A stretch of 32,599 nt of DNA from Nemertoderma westbladi (lineage: Eukaryota; Animalia; Xenacoelomorpha): the NCBI GenBank assembly GCA_032718475.1, contig JAUCBJ010000787.1, forward strand, positions 1-32,599, read 5' to 3'. Both the position numbers and the translations under genes were made by a program. Of this stretch, positions 20,601-30,600 are shown one piece after another (position 1 is the stretch's first letter; every line of letters starts with the position of its first letter). Under the pieces are notes generated by a model. The model was not told where the DNA came from, ran no database searches, and saw nothing but the letters and a program-made list of their open reading frames with translations.

Positions 20601-23600
20601 GGTATTCATACTTTGGAGTACAAACTCAGCAACACTGGTTTTACCTGTGCCGACTGGACCAACTAGAAGCACAGGAACCCCTTTAGCTAGAAGATTATTA
20701 ACAATGAATTGATAGCGAACTGTATCAACAGTTGGTACCATTAGCTTATAGAATGGAGTATTTGGGACAAATTTCCATCCTCCTTTCAGTTTATCATCCC
20801 AATGGGCCCAGGTTCTATTCTTCCCATCAACATAGTATTCATAAACAGTATCTTTATTTGGAAATGACCCTTCTATTTCTCTGATGTATGTATCAATTTT
20901 CTTTCTACCTTCTTCATCAACTGCACCGCAAATGCTCCATAACATACAGAACATAAACCACATCTCCAACATTAAACTATAATTGGCGTCATCATTGGGA
21001 TTCGCACCAAATGCAGATGTTGCAAGGATATCCAGCAAATTGCAAAGGGAAGAAATGCCATTAATTTCAGCAATAGGCACCAGTTCCTTACAGTTTTGTT
21101 TCTTAAAATCAATTATCTTTGCCACATATTTATCAAATAATCTTTTAAATATGTCAGCTCCAGATTTCCTTTTTTCAAGCCATGAGTTTACGTAAGGCTT
21201 CCACCCAAGATCATTATAGTCATTGTAAACCATACCGCAACGGGAAACGGTGGCAGGGCTAGCTACAGATAAATTTTCGACCTCAAAAAGCAGAGAAACT
21301 TGATCTGGCATTGAAATTCGTTCACCATTAATGAGTGTCAGTACTTTATTGTCATCCATAACACTGTTCATAGACTCAATCCAAAGTGTATCAACTGGGC
21401 CATCAAACAACATCCATTTCTGTTCAGGTTTTTCATCTGCACAAGTTAAACGCATGACACTAGAGAGAATGCCATCTGTCCATTCATTTGTATTCAAATC
21501 AAACTCTCCGTAGAGTTCCCCTAAACTTAGGGCTTTGGGATTAATAACATATTCAATAACTTTGGTAAAGTTTGAATCTCCTTCCTTGCTTAGCCTACTC
21601 ATAGCAGCCTGTAATACACGCCATGTACACGATTTACCACTACCAGTTTCACCAACTATCATAACAGAATGCCGAGAATTTTTGGTTTCAAGTAATTGGA
21701 TAACTTTGACAATAGCAATTTCTATGGCTTGGTAACCAGCAGCTTGAAATTCTGTCACAATGGCTTTGCGAATCGTGGAATAGTCTACCTGTGGTGTATC
21801 AATGCCAGGGAATAAGTCTGACATAATGCCATTAAAAAGTGGTCTGTCAGCAGCAGTAAATTTTGGTATATTCATGTCCTTCATGGCAAACAGCAAGATC
21901 TCTTCATCTGCCATATTTGGATGGGCCCGCTTCTTTTTACCAGCATAGCGAAGCACACTTACCAGAGCGCGCAGACCAAAATCATAATGGTCTTGCTTTG
22001 ACAGCTGCTGCACAGCCAAATAATATAATGTATGAACTTTTTTAGCCAAAGTTCTTGTATTACTAAACCCTTCACCAAATAGAATATTTTCAGCTATATA
22101 TGCAGAATCTGGCACAACCATTGCAATTGGACGGAACATGGATGTCAAGTTATCAGGAAGCTCAGTTCGTCCAGCATAACCAGGATTCATTGTAATAAAT
22201 ATTCCACACGAGCCAACTAAGCGAATATCTCTCCCTTCAAAATTGAAATTTATCTTCCTTTGTTTTAAGCTGCTTAAAATTGACAGGATTTGTTGAGCAA
22301 CTACTGATAAAACCTCAATATTAATGCGGTTAAATTCATCAAAGCAACCCCAAGCTCCAGTCTGAGCAAGCCCTGAGTACATTCTGCCCATGCTTTTATA
22401 ATCCAGCCCTTCACTGCAGTTGATAACAATAACATAGTTACCGAGAGCTTTACCCAAATCCTTAGTAGTTTCGGTTTTACCAGTACCAGCTGGACCTTTT
22501 GGTGATCCTCCACGATTAATGTGAAGAGCTGTTGTCAAAGTCATATAACATCGATCTGTTAATGGAGTAACAACTAAACGACCACTGTTTCCCAAGTACT
22601 CATACCCATAACGAAACTGAGTAGTTGTCTGACGGACAATACAATCATCACTTTCTTTGTCCCAATATACACGAAGTTGCATGAGCCACTCAAAAGCTGT
22701 AACATCTGTGCAACCTGATTTTAAAAGTTTCTCTATAACATCCCGTGCATGTACTTCTATGGTCACCAATGCAACTATTTTTGCACGTTGTATTTTTGTT
22801 AGATTTCCCCGAATAATATCAGTACATTTCTCTAACAATCCAATTTGTTTTCGCTTCAATGATTTAAGGGGTTTTTTGGACTCTCTCTCTCTGACAAGAG
22901 CTAAACCTCTTGTGGTATCAGAAGTCCATTGGATTTGGCTGGAAGTAATAAGTAGTTGTCCTGCCCATTCTTTTATCCATTTATCACGTTTACTGGCTTG
23001 CTTCTTTAGAGCCAAACGACATTGTTTTAACAACTCCTTTAAAGTCCAACGCATTGTACGTTCAATATCACATAACCAGGCCTCAACTGGACCTTCAAGA
23101 ATAACTTGCTGAATAAATTCAACATATTCACCATCTGCTGAATACATTCCCAATGCCTCATGCTTTTGTGACATTCCAATTTTTTGCATTTTTAATTTGT
23201 AAATATTATCAAAACACTTTTTCATATGAGGCTGCACAGATTCTGGGTTTTTACTTTGGCCCAAAATTTCCAACAGATCATCATTAGATACAAAGTAAAA
23301 TCGTGGAAATATTTGCCGTTTTGTTTCCAGATACATATCCAAACTTTTCTGGATTTCTTCTAGCTTCCCATTCATATCATTTAGAGTTTCCAACATCCCT
23401 TCATGATGAGTCCCTCTGTAAGCATTATTGTCTTGATTAAGTCTCGACATAATTGCTAACCAATTTGTATTAACATCATCAAATTCATTGCTTTCTCTGG
23501 GTAATTGCTTTCTAATATCTTCCCCAAAAAATATATTTTCTAGGTACATCCACTGCCTCTGTACAGTAAGAATCATTTCAATCACTTCCATAATTCTACT

Positions 23601-26600
23601 CAAGGTTCGCTCCCAACGATCAACTTCCTTTTCAAATGGTTTCACATAGCGAGAAGCTTTCATTGTTGACATTGTCACTTGATTATCTTCTAATGTCTGA
23701 AATAGTTCGTCAGTTGTTTTCAATCTGAAGTGGCCCCTGTCCTTGTAGGGTCCAATTTCGAGGAACGTATTCTTCCAAGTATTATCAATGGCTTCTAAGG
23801 ATTGTTCAATTAACAACTCTTTTGATGCTGCACCAGAAATTTCACTTATCTTGTCAGCATATTGATCTAATTGCAATGCAATTATTTGTTCTAGTGTAAA
23901 GCTATCTGAATTTTGATCAAATTCCTTTCCAACCTCTGCTTTTAATTCAACCCAATGCCGATCTCGCATTGCATGATTTCGCAAATCAACAATAAGCGGC
24001 ATTGTTCTTTTGAATTGCTCTACTCTAGATTTAGATACAGCAACAATCTCCCATTTTTTGTCCTTAACTTCTCTAGCAATTCTGTTTAATTTTTTATATA
24101 ACTGACCACACTGAAGTTCCATATTATCTGCTTCTAACTCCTGAAACGTCAACGTTTTCCAATTTTCCCACATTGTTTCCCAATCCTTAGTTAGTAACCA
24201 AACCTGCTCAAGTTGATCTAACTCTTTCTCCATGGCTAAAATTTCTTTAGATGGCGGCTGATCTATTTTAAATATTGCCAAGCCTCGTCTTATATTTGCT
24301 TCTTGTTCCTTTAACAAACGTAATGCCTCACGTCTTGATGCAATATCAGCCAAAGCTTCATCAGGAGTTAAGGATGAGGAGAAGGGGCCATTCTGGTGGA
24401 AGTCCTCAACAGTTGATCCCACTTGTTTCTTGAATTCATCTGCAGAATGAATCAACCCAGTTTTAAATTTATCTTTGTGTTTCTTAAGCATAGCTTCAGC
24501 ATCAATTAAGTTTTGCTGGAATGTAATCCACTCATGTTCCAAAAGATCTAGTTTCTCTTGAGACTCCTCTGGAATTTGAACCTCATATTTTTCAAGAATG
24601 GCAAATTGTTCATGAATTGGTGAGATACGGTCCTCGATTTTATGCAAATCACCCTGTAGTTGCTCCAGTAACTTAATACTAGCTCCCAATTCATCTAATG
24701 TGGTTGGAACAACACCAACTTGCTCTCCATTCTTTTTCAAAAAGTATGTCAAATTATTGAGAGCTGTAATAGCCATGTCCTTCAATAATGTTGTAAATTT
24801 ATTTTGCCATTCCTGGCAATGGCTTAGAATGGAAAACTTCAGTGGAGAACAATCTAACATGACAAATTGAATGCTCAACACAGTTTCTTCTTTTTGTGCA
24901 TTGTTGGCAACTTCAGTATAGCGACCAATATCAGAGTCAAAACTAGCTACACCAGGATTAAGTTTATGATATCTACGAATAAATGCATCCTTGTTTACTT
25001 CCCATATTTCTCTATAAGAATCCCAGGTAGCCAAGTACTCATGCAATGATGTTGCATTATCTATCATTCCTTGTGCGATTATATGCATCAACTTACCAAC
25101 CTCATGATCAGCAGCAATTACCATATGAATTGGGTCTTTTGTTGATTTTTTAGCTGTGAGTAGGTTCGGAAGTCTGTCCAAAGGTGAAATAGTATCAGTC
25201 AAATGAGACCCAATACTATTTACTAATTTTGCAAGACCTTTCAGAGTTGGGTCAAATTCAACTCGATCACCATCAAGAACAACCTTAACTTTAAACAAAG
25301 GATTGGGTGGTGTCTTACCGTCTCCATTGATTGCCTTGGATAATTCCTGCAGTGACCATTTAACATTCAACCTGAATGCTTCTTCAACCATACGATCCAT
25401 CTTATCAGTGTATCTGTACCAATGGTTCTGTACCTCTTGGCCATCATTTCGGAAATATTCACATGTTTTCATCAATATATCCACAATTTCGATATGATTC
25501 ATAGCCAACCGTTCTGTGGTTGCTATTCTGTGCTTGCTTTGTTCCACATCGAACTGACCACTATCGTGAACCTTTGATACATTTATTCTTACCAATAGCA
25601 TCTCAGATATTGTCCTGCACAATTTGCTAATTTTAATGTTAGTTAGTTTGTATTCATCAACAACAGCTTGTACCTTACCAGCCTGGTTGTAACACTCCTT
25701 GATAAACAGTTCAGCAACTCCTTTAGATGCCCATGTAAGTTTGCTCAATCCAGGTACGATCTTTTTATCCAGAAAACGTATTCTCTCTCGGAATAAACCT
25801 CGCTCTTCTAAGCTGAGAGAAGATAAAATCCTATTGTATCCTCTAACAACTTGTAGGACATTCTCTCTCAGTACACGCAAGTCATCCTTACGCTCATAGA
25901 GTTCAGCAGCATAATGGGGTACTTCAAAGAGAATGCGTTGCCAATAATAAATTTCTTGGAGCAACTTAGCTGTAATTTTATCAAAATTTGAATCTAACAT
26001 TCCTGTTCTTTCTTGGCTGCGACACATCAAAGGTACATCTAATCGTCGTACAGGCTCTTTCTCAATTGCTAAAGTCCACTCTCCAAAATTCTTTCTAATA
26101 AGTTCATCAAGAGCTTGTACAAGTTGCAAATAGTTAGAACGAGCTTCCTCACCCATTCCTGTTGTCGGAAGGAAGTATGCACCCTCAATTAGTGTCATGC
26201 TCTTATCAACTCTATTTTTTAATGCTTTAGCCCATACAGCAGTGCCTGCATAGTAAGGTTGTAAAGGTGTCAACCATGCAGCTCTTCCGCTCAATTCCTT
26301 CTTAACCAAGTTCATCTCATCATTAAATATCTGAAATATCTCGGCAGTCTTCTTATCCAGTGTTCTTAAAATAGCCTCCCGCGAATGTAAATGTTGAAAT
26401 ACTTCCAGAAGATTGATACCTTCCTCGATAGTTCTTACTGATTCAAACGCGGAGTTGATTGTGTTGGTCATCATCACCTCAAGGTCTTTAACTCCTGATC
26501 TAAATTTATTGTATTCATCATGCCAGACAGTTGCTTTCACATCTAAAATGTGCTTCTTCACGAGCCTAAGGGGATTCAGACATCGACAAAATGCATTGTC

Positions 26601-28241
26601 AATTTCCAACAGGTTCCTGGCAACTTCTGGTCCACGCTGTCCAGCAAAACAGGGTAATGGTATTCTAGATCCCTCCTCATACCTCGAGAAGTGGCTCTGG
26701 CAATTACACACATCAATAAGGTCTTTGCAGCGTTGAATAAATGCATCAACTTGGGCAAATATACTAGTAGGATCCAAAACCCATCCAGTGAGGCTGGTTG
26801 AATATTTTGTGTGGACAGCACTTAAATGTGTGTATGATTCCTTCCAAGCTTTACAACATTGAATACTCTCATTGAGTGTTTGCTGGCATGATTGAACATG
26901 CCCATCGAATATCTTTTCAAGAGAAATTTCAGAGCAACATCTATTAATAATTTCGTTTGATACTTTACGAAACAGGACAGTAAGTCGTTCCCTGGTATTG
27001 TAAAATTCCGAATTAACCCAGATTATTCGGATAAGGTTGATAATTACTGGTATTAGTTTAGGAATGTCTTTAAGCATAGCGTTTCCTAGGTCCTGACATG
27101 GCTGCTTCAATATTTTTAGAAAATGAAGGTTTGATTGTGCTTGTAAAGATCCATCCTGAATTTGTTTACTAAGCTTGGCAAAAGGTGGTAAGTATGAGCT
27201 GCGGGCCATCTCCAATATCCTTTCAATCCTAATAACTCCAGGTTTGTTCAGCTGTTTACTAATGCCAGAAAGGTCGTCGCACCTGTTTGACCAGAAACGG
27301 AGTTCATCTAGAGGCCCAGTGTTCTCAGCCGTTTCTAGTGCGTCTTGAGAACTTAACATCTCCTTAATTTGTCTCGTCCAATGTATCATGGCCATCTCTA
27401 AGCGGCCAACCAGTTCCTTGTCCTTTACAACCTCGTCGTCTTCGAGGTCATCACCTTCTGTTGGAACATAAAGGACTGTGTATCCTTCCATTTTATACCT
27501 AGTGTCTGTCAAACAACTCAAGAATCGATGTAGATTGCTTGAAAATTCATTCCTTATGCTGTCCGGCCACGTTTTATTCCCCAAAAACAAAGGCGCATAG
27601 ACACCATTCATTAGCTTCAACAGACTTTGAATATGAGACGTCTGAACAATACCATACTGACATTTTTCACTGAAATTGCGGCCAGTAACTTCCTGGCCTT
27701 CGGATCTAATAAAGTAAGCCAGTTCGTCAACAACAAATGAGGGCACAACATGTTCAACACAAAGACCTTTATGCTTATCTATATAAATCACAAGTAACTG
27801 CTTGGAAAGATCCTCAATCCAAACATTTAGAACTTGGTCGTGTTCATCCGTCCACATATCCAACGTAAATCCAGTGAGTACAACAGATCCTTTAACTAAA
27901 GCTCCCAAATCGACAGGTGGTAATTCCGATTCAATGTCAGACTCTAGCTCAGAACTCTCTGCCGTTTTCCCAGCCATGCTACTTCTGGTGCTATAGCGAC
28001 TAACGGACAACCTCCCTGATCGCCCTGCCCCAGACGCCCCCCTCTGGCTTGTTCTTGCACTCTGAATGTCTAATGGGGCTATCGATGCGGCCGTAGACGC
28101 AACAGGTGTGCTGGTAGGCCCAGCTGCAGTTGAGCCTTCGCCCAGCAGAGACCCCAATGGTTGATCGGTAGGATCATCAGCTCCAACAACTTTGGCTTCT
28201 GACGCGTTATCAATCACATTAACTTCACCCGCGTCCGCCAT
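14634..28241 (-). CDS. DNAH2: Axonemal dynein heavy chain 2 (inner-arm I1/f beta chain), 4535 aa, single coding exon
   Basis: Full dynein architecture: long tail, linker, P-loops GPAGTGKT (AAA1), GETGSGKS (AAA2), GPVGTGKT (AAA3) and GIGGSGRQ (AAA4), CFDEFNR Walker B, coiled-coil stalk with MTBD, and C-terminal HWVKRGTALLL. Tail motif WPDSIRNEFSSNLHRFLSCLTDTRYKMEGYTVLYVP resembles vertebrate DNAH2 as recalled; orthology should be confirmed by phylogeny. Confidence 0.95.
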   Translation of the reverse strand: MADAGEVNVIDNASEAKVVGADDPTDQPLGSLLGEGSTAAGPTSTPVASTAASIAPLDIQSARTSQRGASGAGRSGRLSVSRYSTRSSMAGKTAESSELESDIESELPPVDLGALVKGSVVLTGFTLDMWTDEHDQVLNVWIEDLSKQLLVIYIDKHKGLCVEHVVPSFVVDELAYFIRSEGQEVTGRNFSEKCQYGIVQTSHIQSLLKLMNGVYAPLFLGNKTWPDSIRNEFSSNLHRFLSCLTDTRYKMEGYTVLYVPTEGDDLEDDEVVKDKELVGRLEMAMIHWTRQIKEMLSSQDALETAENTGPLDELRFWSNRCDDLSGISKQLNKPGVIRIERILEMARSSYLPPFAKLSKQIQDGSLQAQSNLHFLKILKQPCQDLGNAMLKDIPKLIPVIINLIRIIWVNSEFYNTRERLTVLFRKVSNEIINRCCSEISLEKIFDGHVQSCQQTLNESIQCCKAWKESYTHLSAVHTKYSTSLTGWVLDPTSIFAQVDAFIQRCKDLIDVCNCQSHFSRYEEGSRIPLPCFAGQRGPEVARNLLEIDNAFCRCLNPLRLVKKHILDVKATVWHDEYNKFRSGVKDLEVMMTNTINSAFESVRTIEEGINLLEVFQHLHSREAILRTLDKKTAEIFQIFNDEMNLVKKELSGRAAWLTPLQPYYAGTAVWAKALKNRVDKSMTLIEGAYFLPTTGMGEEARSNYLQLVQALDELIRKNFGEWTLAIEKEPVRRLDVPLMCRSQERTGMLDSNFDKITAKLLQEIYYWQRILFEVPHYAAELYERKDDLRVLRENVLQVVRGYNRILSSLSLEERGLFRERIRFLDKKIVPGLSKLTWASKGVAELFIKECYNQAGKVQAVVDEYKLTNIKISKLCRTISEMLLVRINVSKVHDSGQFDVEQSKHRIATTERLAMNHIEIVDILMKTCEYFRNDGQEVQNHWYRYTDKMDRMVEEAFRLNVKWSLQELSKAINGDGKTPPNPLFKVKVVLDGDRVEFDPTLKGLAKLVNSIGSHLTDTISPLDRLPNLLTAKKSTKDPIHMVIAADHEVGKLMHIIAQGMIDNATSLHEYLATWDSYREIWEVNKDAFIRRYHKLNPGVASFDSDIGRYTEVANNAQKEETVLSIQFVMLDCSPLKFSILSHCQEWQNKFTTLLKDMAITALNNLTYFLKKNGEQVGVVPTTLDELGASIKLLEQLQGDLHKIEDRISPIHEQFAILEKYEVQIPEESQEKLDLLEHEWITFQQNLIDAEAMLKKHKDKFKTGLIHSADEFKKQVGSTVEDFHQNGPFSSSLTPDEALADIASRREALRLLKEQEANIRRGLAIFKIDQPPSKEILAMEKELDQLEQVWLLTKDWETMWENWKTLTFQELEADNMELQCGQLYKKLNRIAREVKDKKWEIVAVSKSRVEQFKRTMPLIVDLRNHAMRDRHWVELKAEVGKEFDQNSDSFTLEQIIALQLDQYADKISEISGAASKELLIEQSLEAIDNTWKNTFLEIGPYKDRGHFRLKTTDELFQTLEDNQVTMSTMKASRYVKPFEKEVDRWERTLSRIMEVIEMILTVQRQWMYLENIFFGEDIRKQLPRESNEFDDVNTNWLAIMSRLNQDNNAYRGTHHEGMLETLNDMNGKLEEIQKSLDMYLETKRQIFPRFYFVSNDDLLEILGQSKNPESVQPHMKKCFDNIYKLKMQKIGMSQKHEALGMYSADGEYVEFIQQVILEGPVEAWLCDIERTMRWTLKELLKQCRLALKKQASKRDKWIKEWAGQLLITSSQIQWTSDTTRGLALVRERESKKPLKSLKRKQIGLLEKCTDIIRGNLTKIQRAKIVALVTIEVHARDVIEKLLKSGCTDVTAFEWLMQLRVYWDKESDDCIVRQTTTQFRYGYEYLGNSGRLVVTPLTDRCYMTLTTALHINRGGSPKGPAGTGKTETTKDLGKALGNYVIVINCSEGLDYKSMGRMYSGLAQTGAWGCFDEFNRINIEVLSVVAQQILSILSSLKQRKINFNFEGRDIRLVGSCGIFITMNPGYAGRTELPDNLTSMFRPIAMVVPDSAYIAENILFGEGFSNTRTLAKKVHTLYYLAVQQLSKQDHYDFGLRALVSVLRYAGKKKRAHPNMADEEILLFAMKDMNIPKFTAADRPLFNGIMSDLFPGIDTPQVDYSTIRKAIVTEFQAAGYQAIEIAIVKVIQLLETKNSRHSVMIVGETGSGKSCTWRVLQAAMSRLSKEGDSNFTKVIEYVINPKALSLGELYGEFDLNTNEWTDGILSSVMRLTCADEKPEQKWMLFDGPVDTLWIESMNSVMDDNKVLTLINGERISMPDQVSLLFEVENLSVASPATVSRCGMVYNDYNDLGWKPYVNSWLEKRKSGADIFKRLFDKYVAKIIDFKKQNCKELVPIAEINGISSLCNLLDILATSAFGANPNDDANYSLMLEMWFMFCMLWSICGAVDEEGRKKIDTYIREIEGSFPNKDTVYEYYVDGKNRTWAHWDDKLKGGWKFVPNTPFYKLMVPTVDTVRYQFIVNNLLAKGVPVLLVGPVGTGKTSVAEFVLQSMNTTQYSVLTINLSAQTSSNNVQDIIESKVEKRTKGVYVPIGGKKLVTYLDDFNMPMKDLFGSQPPLELMRQWMDYGFWYDRAKQVTKVVRDMQILAAMGPPGGGRMVISKRLQSRFNLLNMTFPTESQIKRIFGSMISHKLSDFEEDLKPLGDIMLQATIEMYDAVVNRYFPTPSKIHYLFNLRDISRVFQGLMRCSKDYHDTKVSLTRLWIHECFRVFADRLNDETDFDDFVIILSDKLGVLFEQTFHNICHQKQPPIFGSFLSKDGKVYEDLQNIEELKTFIENALEDYNMTPGYVGMDLVMFRDAIEHVCRIVRVIGQARGNMMLIGIGGSGRQSLSRLAASILEYTTFQIEVTKHYRKQEWRDDLKRLYRLAGVDNKPTVFLFNDTQIVDVSFLEDINNILSSGEIPNLYKSDEFEEVRNALSEEVRKHDIHDTPENVFKFLIERVRSNLHVILCMSPVGEAFRNRIRMYPAFVNCAAIDYFSEWPKDALLEVAERYLADMDLGSEDNKTNISSVFVTMHQSVSKMSEKMYIELKRRNYTTPTNYLELVTGYKELLAEKSLEIGAEISKLTNGLQKIDETRTKVEVMRVDLDIAKTKVAQFQKQCEEYLVVLVQQKRDADEQQKQVTVRAEKIGEEEIKCREMADAALEDLKVAMPALEEAMEALKSLNKKDITEIKSFVKPPQLVEKVLEAVMILRGREATWVEAKRDLGDQHFIDNLVNFDKDHMSDKTLKKIAGYCNQPDFYPDTVGRVSNAAKSLCMWVRAMEVYGRVFRVVLPKKQRVEHAEAMLAEKQKTLAEQQRKLAEVNAQLEKLKNEYEEKLAQKEELRLKAEKMEIQMERAALLLSGLAGERDRWESTVAELEGSKGYLIGDCLVASASLSYIGPFLSNYREELVNNIWLPEIRKLLIPSDSEFSFANFLSIPTTVRQWNIQGLPNDTFSTENGVMVTRGRRWPLMVDPQSQAVKWVKKMESKRGLLTIDLQQHDYMRTLENSIQFGNPVLLQNVQEELDPSLNPILNKSLIKLGGRYMIRLGDKEIEYNQDFKFYITTKLSNPHYTPEIAAKTTIVNFAVKEQGLEAQLLGTVVRKERPELEEQKDSLVLNIAAGKTKLKELENEILRLLNESEGSLLENEELVNTLQTSKVTSQEVTEQLAMSETTEAKIDAAREGYRPCATRASILFFVLIDMGRIDPMYQFSLDAYIDLFNTSIDKSHKSPKLEDRIANLNDWHTYSVYRYTCRGLFEKHKLLFSFHMCVKILQNAGKINMEEFTFFLTGGIVLDKDEQMDNPCSNWLPETDWDNISELEKLSNFHGIITSFEQYPRDWSIWFMSDNPETSPLPGEWENSCNELQKMVILRCLRTDRVAFAAMSFVVNNLGTRFVEPPVLDMKAVLDDSSSKTPLIFVLSPGVDPTGALTALAHGMGQTQMALSLGQGQAPIATRMIKEGIKEGNWVFLANCHLSLSWMPQLDKLCEQLQVEEPHKDFRLWLSSSPNPDFPIAILQSGIKMTTEPPRGVKANMKRLYNTVTDQSFMRTRKHDKYQRLLFSLCFFHSILIERRKFGQLGWNVFYSFNNSDFEVSEHLLSLYLDEYDDTPWDALKYLVALVNYGGHVTDDYDRRVLTTYINDCFHEDVLETPFYKLSILPTYYIPRDGSLRSYKEYISTLPNLDHPEVFGQHPNADISSQKAETKLLFDTLLSLGSQVATVGAQSNESKVLELSANVLKQVPEDLDYGQTAKIMKDDPSPLNVVLLQEIERYNYLLNLIRKSLLDLDKGIKGLVVMSSDLEETFTCILEAQVPPLWRKAYPSIKPLAAWVRDLVMRIEQLEKWSSTAHPPIIFWLSGFTFPTGFLTAVSQVAARQNNVSVDTLSWEFSVLTIDDTNVTGPPKDGVLIKGMFLEGAGWDKKNSCLIEAEPMQLQCRMPSIHFKPVENKKTKTKGLYICPTYAYPNRSGTPGRPSFVECVELKSGSMPATHWVKRGTALLLSQAE

Positions 28242-28479
28242 TTCTATAAATTAGATCTGAAAAATTTGCAAAGTAATTTAATGTGTATTAATGCTATGTA
28301 TCTAATTGTATCTAATATAATGCTACATTCTACCTGTATACAAATCGATAAGTATTAGATTAGATTAACCATTAATCATTAGATAATTTACGGTATATTA
28401 GGTAAAAAAATCCCTTAAAATTTTACGGGCAATATTTTCTTATTATGTTGGGAAATATTATACTACGTAATATTTCATA

Positions 28480-29556
28480 TGACACCCCCCCCCCCCCTCC
28501 CCCCCTAATTTTTCTACAAATCTTAATGAGATTGCATTACATTTGAAACAGAGATAATTTCACCTCCCGACCACTGACTGGGTGACCCAGAATTTTTATT
28601 TTTGCTTTCAATCTTTAGATACAAGCGTTTAAAAAAATGTCTCCGTCGATATTGCACCAGTTACACTACAGTTATTCTTCTACCTTATAGCTGTTTGTTG
28701 GTACAAATGGAAAGCTGGCCATGCAAGGATTCCAAATATGTAACACAATTTGAATTTCGTTGAGAAATAGCTGAGATATGAGCGTTCAAATGTTGCATGG
28801 TTATGCACCGGCGCGAGGCTATTTTATTCTATTTAATAAATGCATCATAATCTGGAATATTTTGTTTATCCAAATACGTAGCTGGGCAACAATGCATTAC
28901 ACGTTCGTGGGGCCTTCGCGCAGCACGAAGTGAGCAAAGCCTTTAGCATATGGGCACCATTAACGAGTTGTCTGACGTTAGTCAGAAGGCTTCAACACAA
29001 TACTCGTCCTCCTCTTGTGCCTCGTTGCGTTCGTTCGTTTTTGACGAAACTTCAGATTCTTTTTAAACTTTTGAAGGACTACATACGTACCAAGTTTCGT
29101 TTAATTTCATTAAGGAATAACCGAGTTATTAGCGATCAAAACGTTACGACGACAGACGACGACCGACGACAACAGACGACGACGACGACGACAGACAACT
29201 CTCCAATGGCACCCATATGCTAAGGCTTCGCTTACTTCGTGGCTCGCCCCACATCTTTGATCATACTATTACTTAGCTATTCAAACATTTAAAAAATGCA
29301 TGTAAAATGGAACATTTGAACGCTCATATCTCAGCTATTTTTCAAATTGTGTTACATATTTTGCAATCCTTACATCCTTACAATCCTCCAATATCGCTGG
29401 AGACACTTTGTTTAAACGCTTGTAGCTAAAGATAGAAAGCAAAAATAAAAATTCTGGCTCACCCAGTCAGTGGTCGGGAGGTGAAATTATCTCTGTTTCA
29501 AATTTCATGCAATCTCATTAAGATTTGTAGAAAATTAGGGGGGGGGGGGGGTGTCA
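28480..29556. mobile_element. Foldback/MITE-like element with long (about 270-330 bp) inverted arms
   Basis: 28480-28805 is the reverse complement, with indels, of about 29295-29556 (for example GAGATAATTTCACCTCCCGACCACTGACTGGGTGA versus TCACCCAGTCAGTGGTCGGGAGGTGAAATTATCTC). Poly-C and poly-G runs lie near the ends. Confidence 0.88.
28907..29252. mobile_element. Nested non-autonomous element with about 60-bp inverted termini and a (GAC)n microsatellite
   Basis: GTGGGGC...CACGAAGTGAGCAAAGCCTTTAGCATATGGGCACCATT...GAGTTGTCTG versus CAGACAACTC...AATGGCACCCATATGCTAAGGCTTCGCTTACTTCGTGGCTCGCCCCAC; GAC/GACA tract at about 29147-29197. Confidence 0.8.
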
Positions 29557-30420
29557 CTGAATTACGACACAATATTCTGGGACATGGTGTATACTACATT
29601 CTACATACTTAAAATCTGTTTATTGTTTTTTTTACAGATCTGGTTACAAATAAACAAATATATCCATCAATCTCTAATCTTTGAACTATTTTATTCTGAA
29701 ATAAATAATCAAAATCGGGAGAAAAAGAATACTTTTCCCAAGGCAAAAAAGTAACCCTTAGGGTTGCATTAAAGTAATATAAGAAAATGTGAAAATATCT
29801 TGGGTGGAAGTCCTTAAATTTAAATTCATCGAACATCGAAGTAGAAAAGGTTTGCGCGTAATTTAAGTCAAATCCATGCACACACTCAAAAAGTTATCGC
29901 AACTTTAGCTACTGCAAGGCGTACAAGTATATACTCCAAAACAAAACTCAATACTCAATATTGGTTTTATGTAGTGCTGCTCTTTACTTAAAGAAATAAA
30001 TATTCCAGAACATTAAATTATTATTTAACATTGAGTAAATCAGCCTCTAGAATTGAATAGTAAAATAATTAAACCGCTGAAACTATGAAAGCAGTATAGT
30101 ACGTAGGTCCTAATATATATGTAGGCTATCATTATTTCGTTATATCTTTTATTAAGAATTAACTAATTAAGCAACAAAAAGTAAAAATTTAAGAATATAA
30201 TTACGTACAGTATTACATGGATATATACGAAGAGAAGTGAACGAGAATACCCAACGCATGTAATAAATAATTATTTTCGCAAGAAAAGTTTCCTACGTAG
30301 TTTTTCATCAGTTGCAGTCGTTTCTAATGTTCAATCTTTGAATACTGTACAATATAGTTTAAAGTGTTCTGATCCTCGTGTTTTTATTTCCACTAACTAA
30401 AAAAATTACTCAACACCAAA

Positions 30421-30600
30421 TAAAATAAAGTCACCCCAAATAAAATAAAGTCACCCCAAATAAAACAAAGTCACCCCAAATAAAATAAAGTCACCCCAAA
30501 TAAAATAAAGTCACCCCAAATAAAATAAAGTCACCCCAAATAAAATAAAGTCACCCCAAATAAAATAAAGTCACCCCAAATAAAATAAAGTCACCCCAAA
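30421..30600. repeat. 20-bp minisatellite x9 (TAAAATAAAGTCACCCCAAA), decaying into degenerate copies to about 30810
   Basis: Read directly; one substitution across nine copies. Confidence 0.95.

Noticed and set aside
14679-27996. Short ORFs overlapping the dynein gene
   Set aside because: Antisense or off-frame by-products of a long CDS, with no recognisable motifs.
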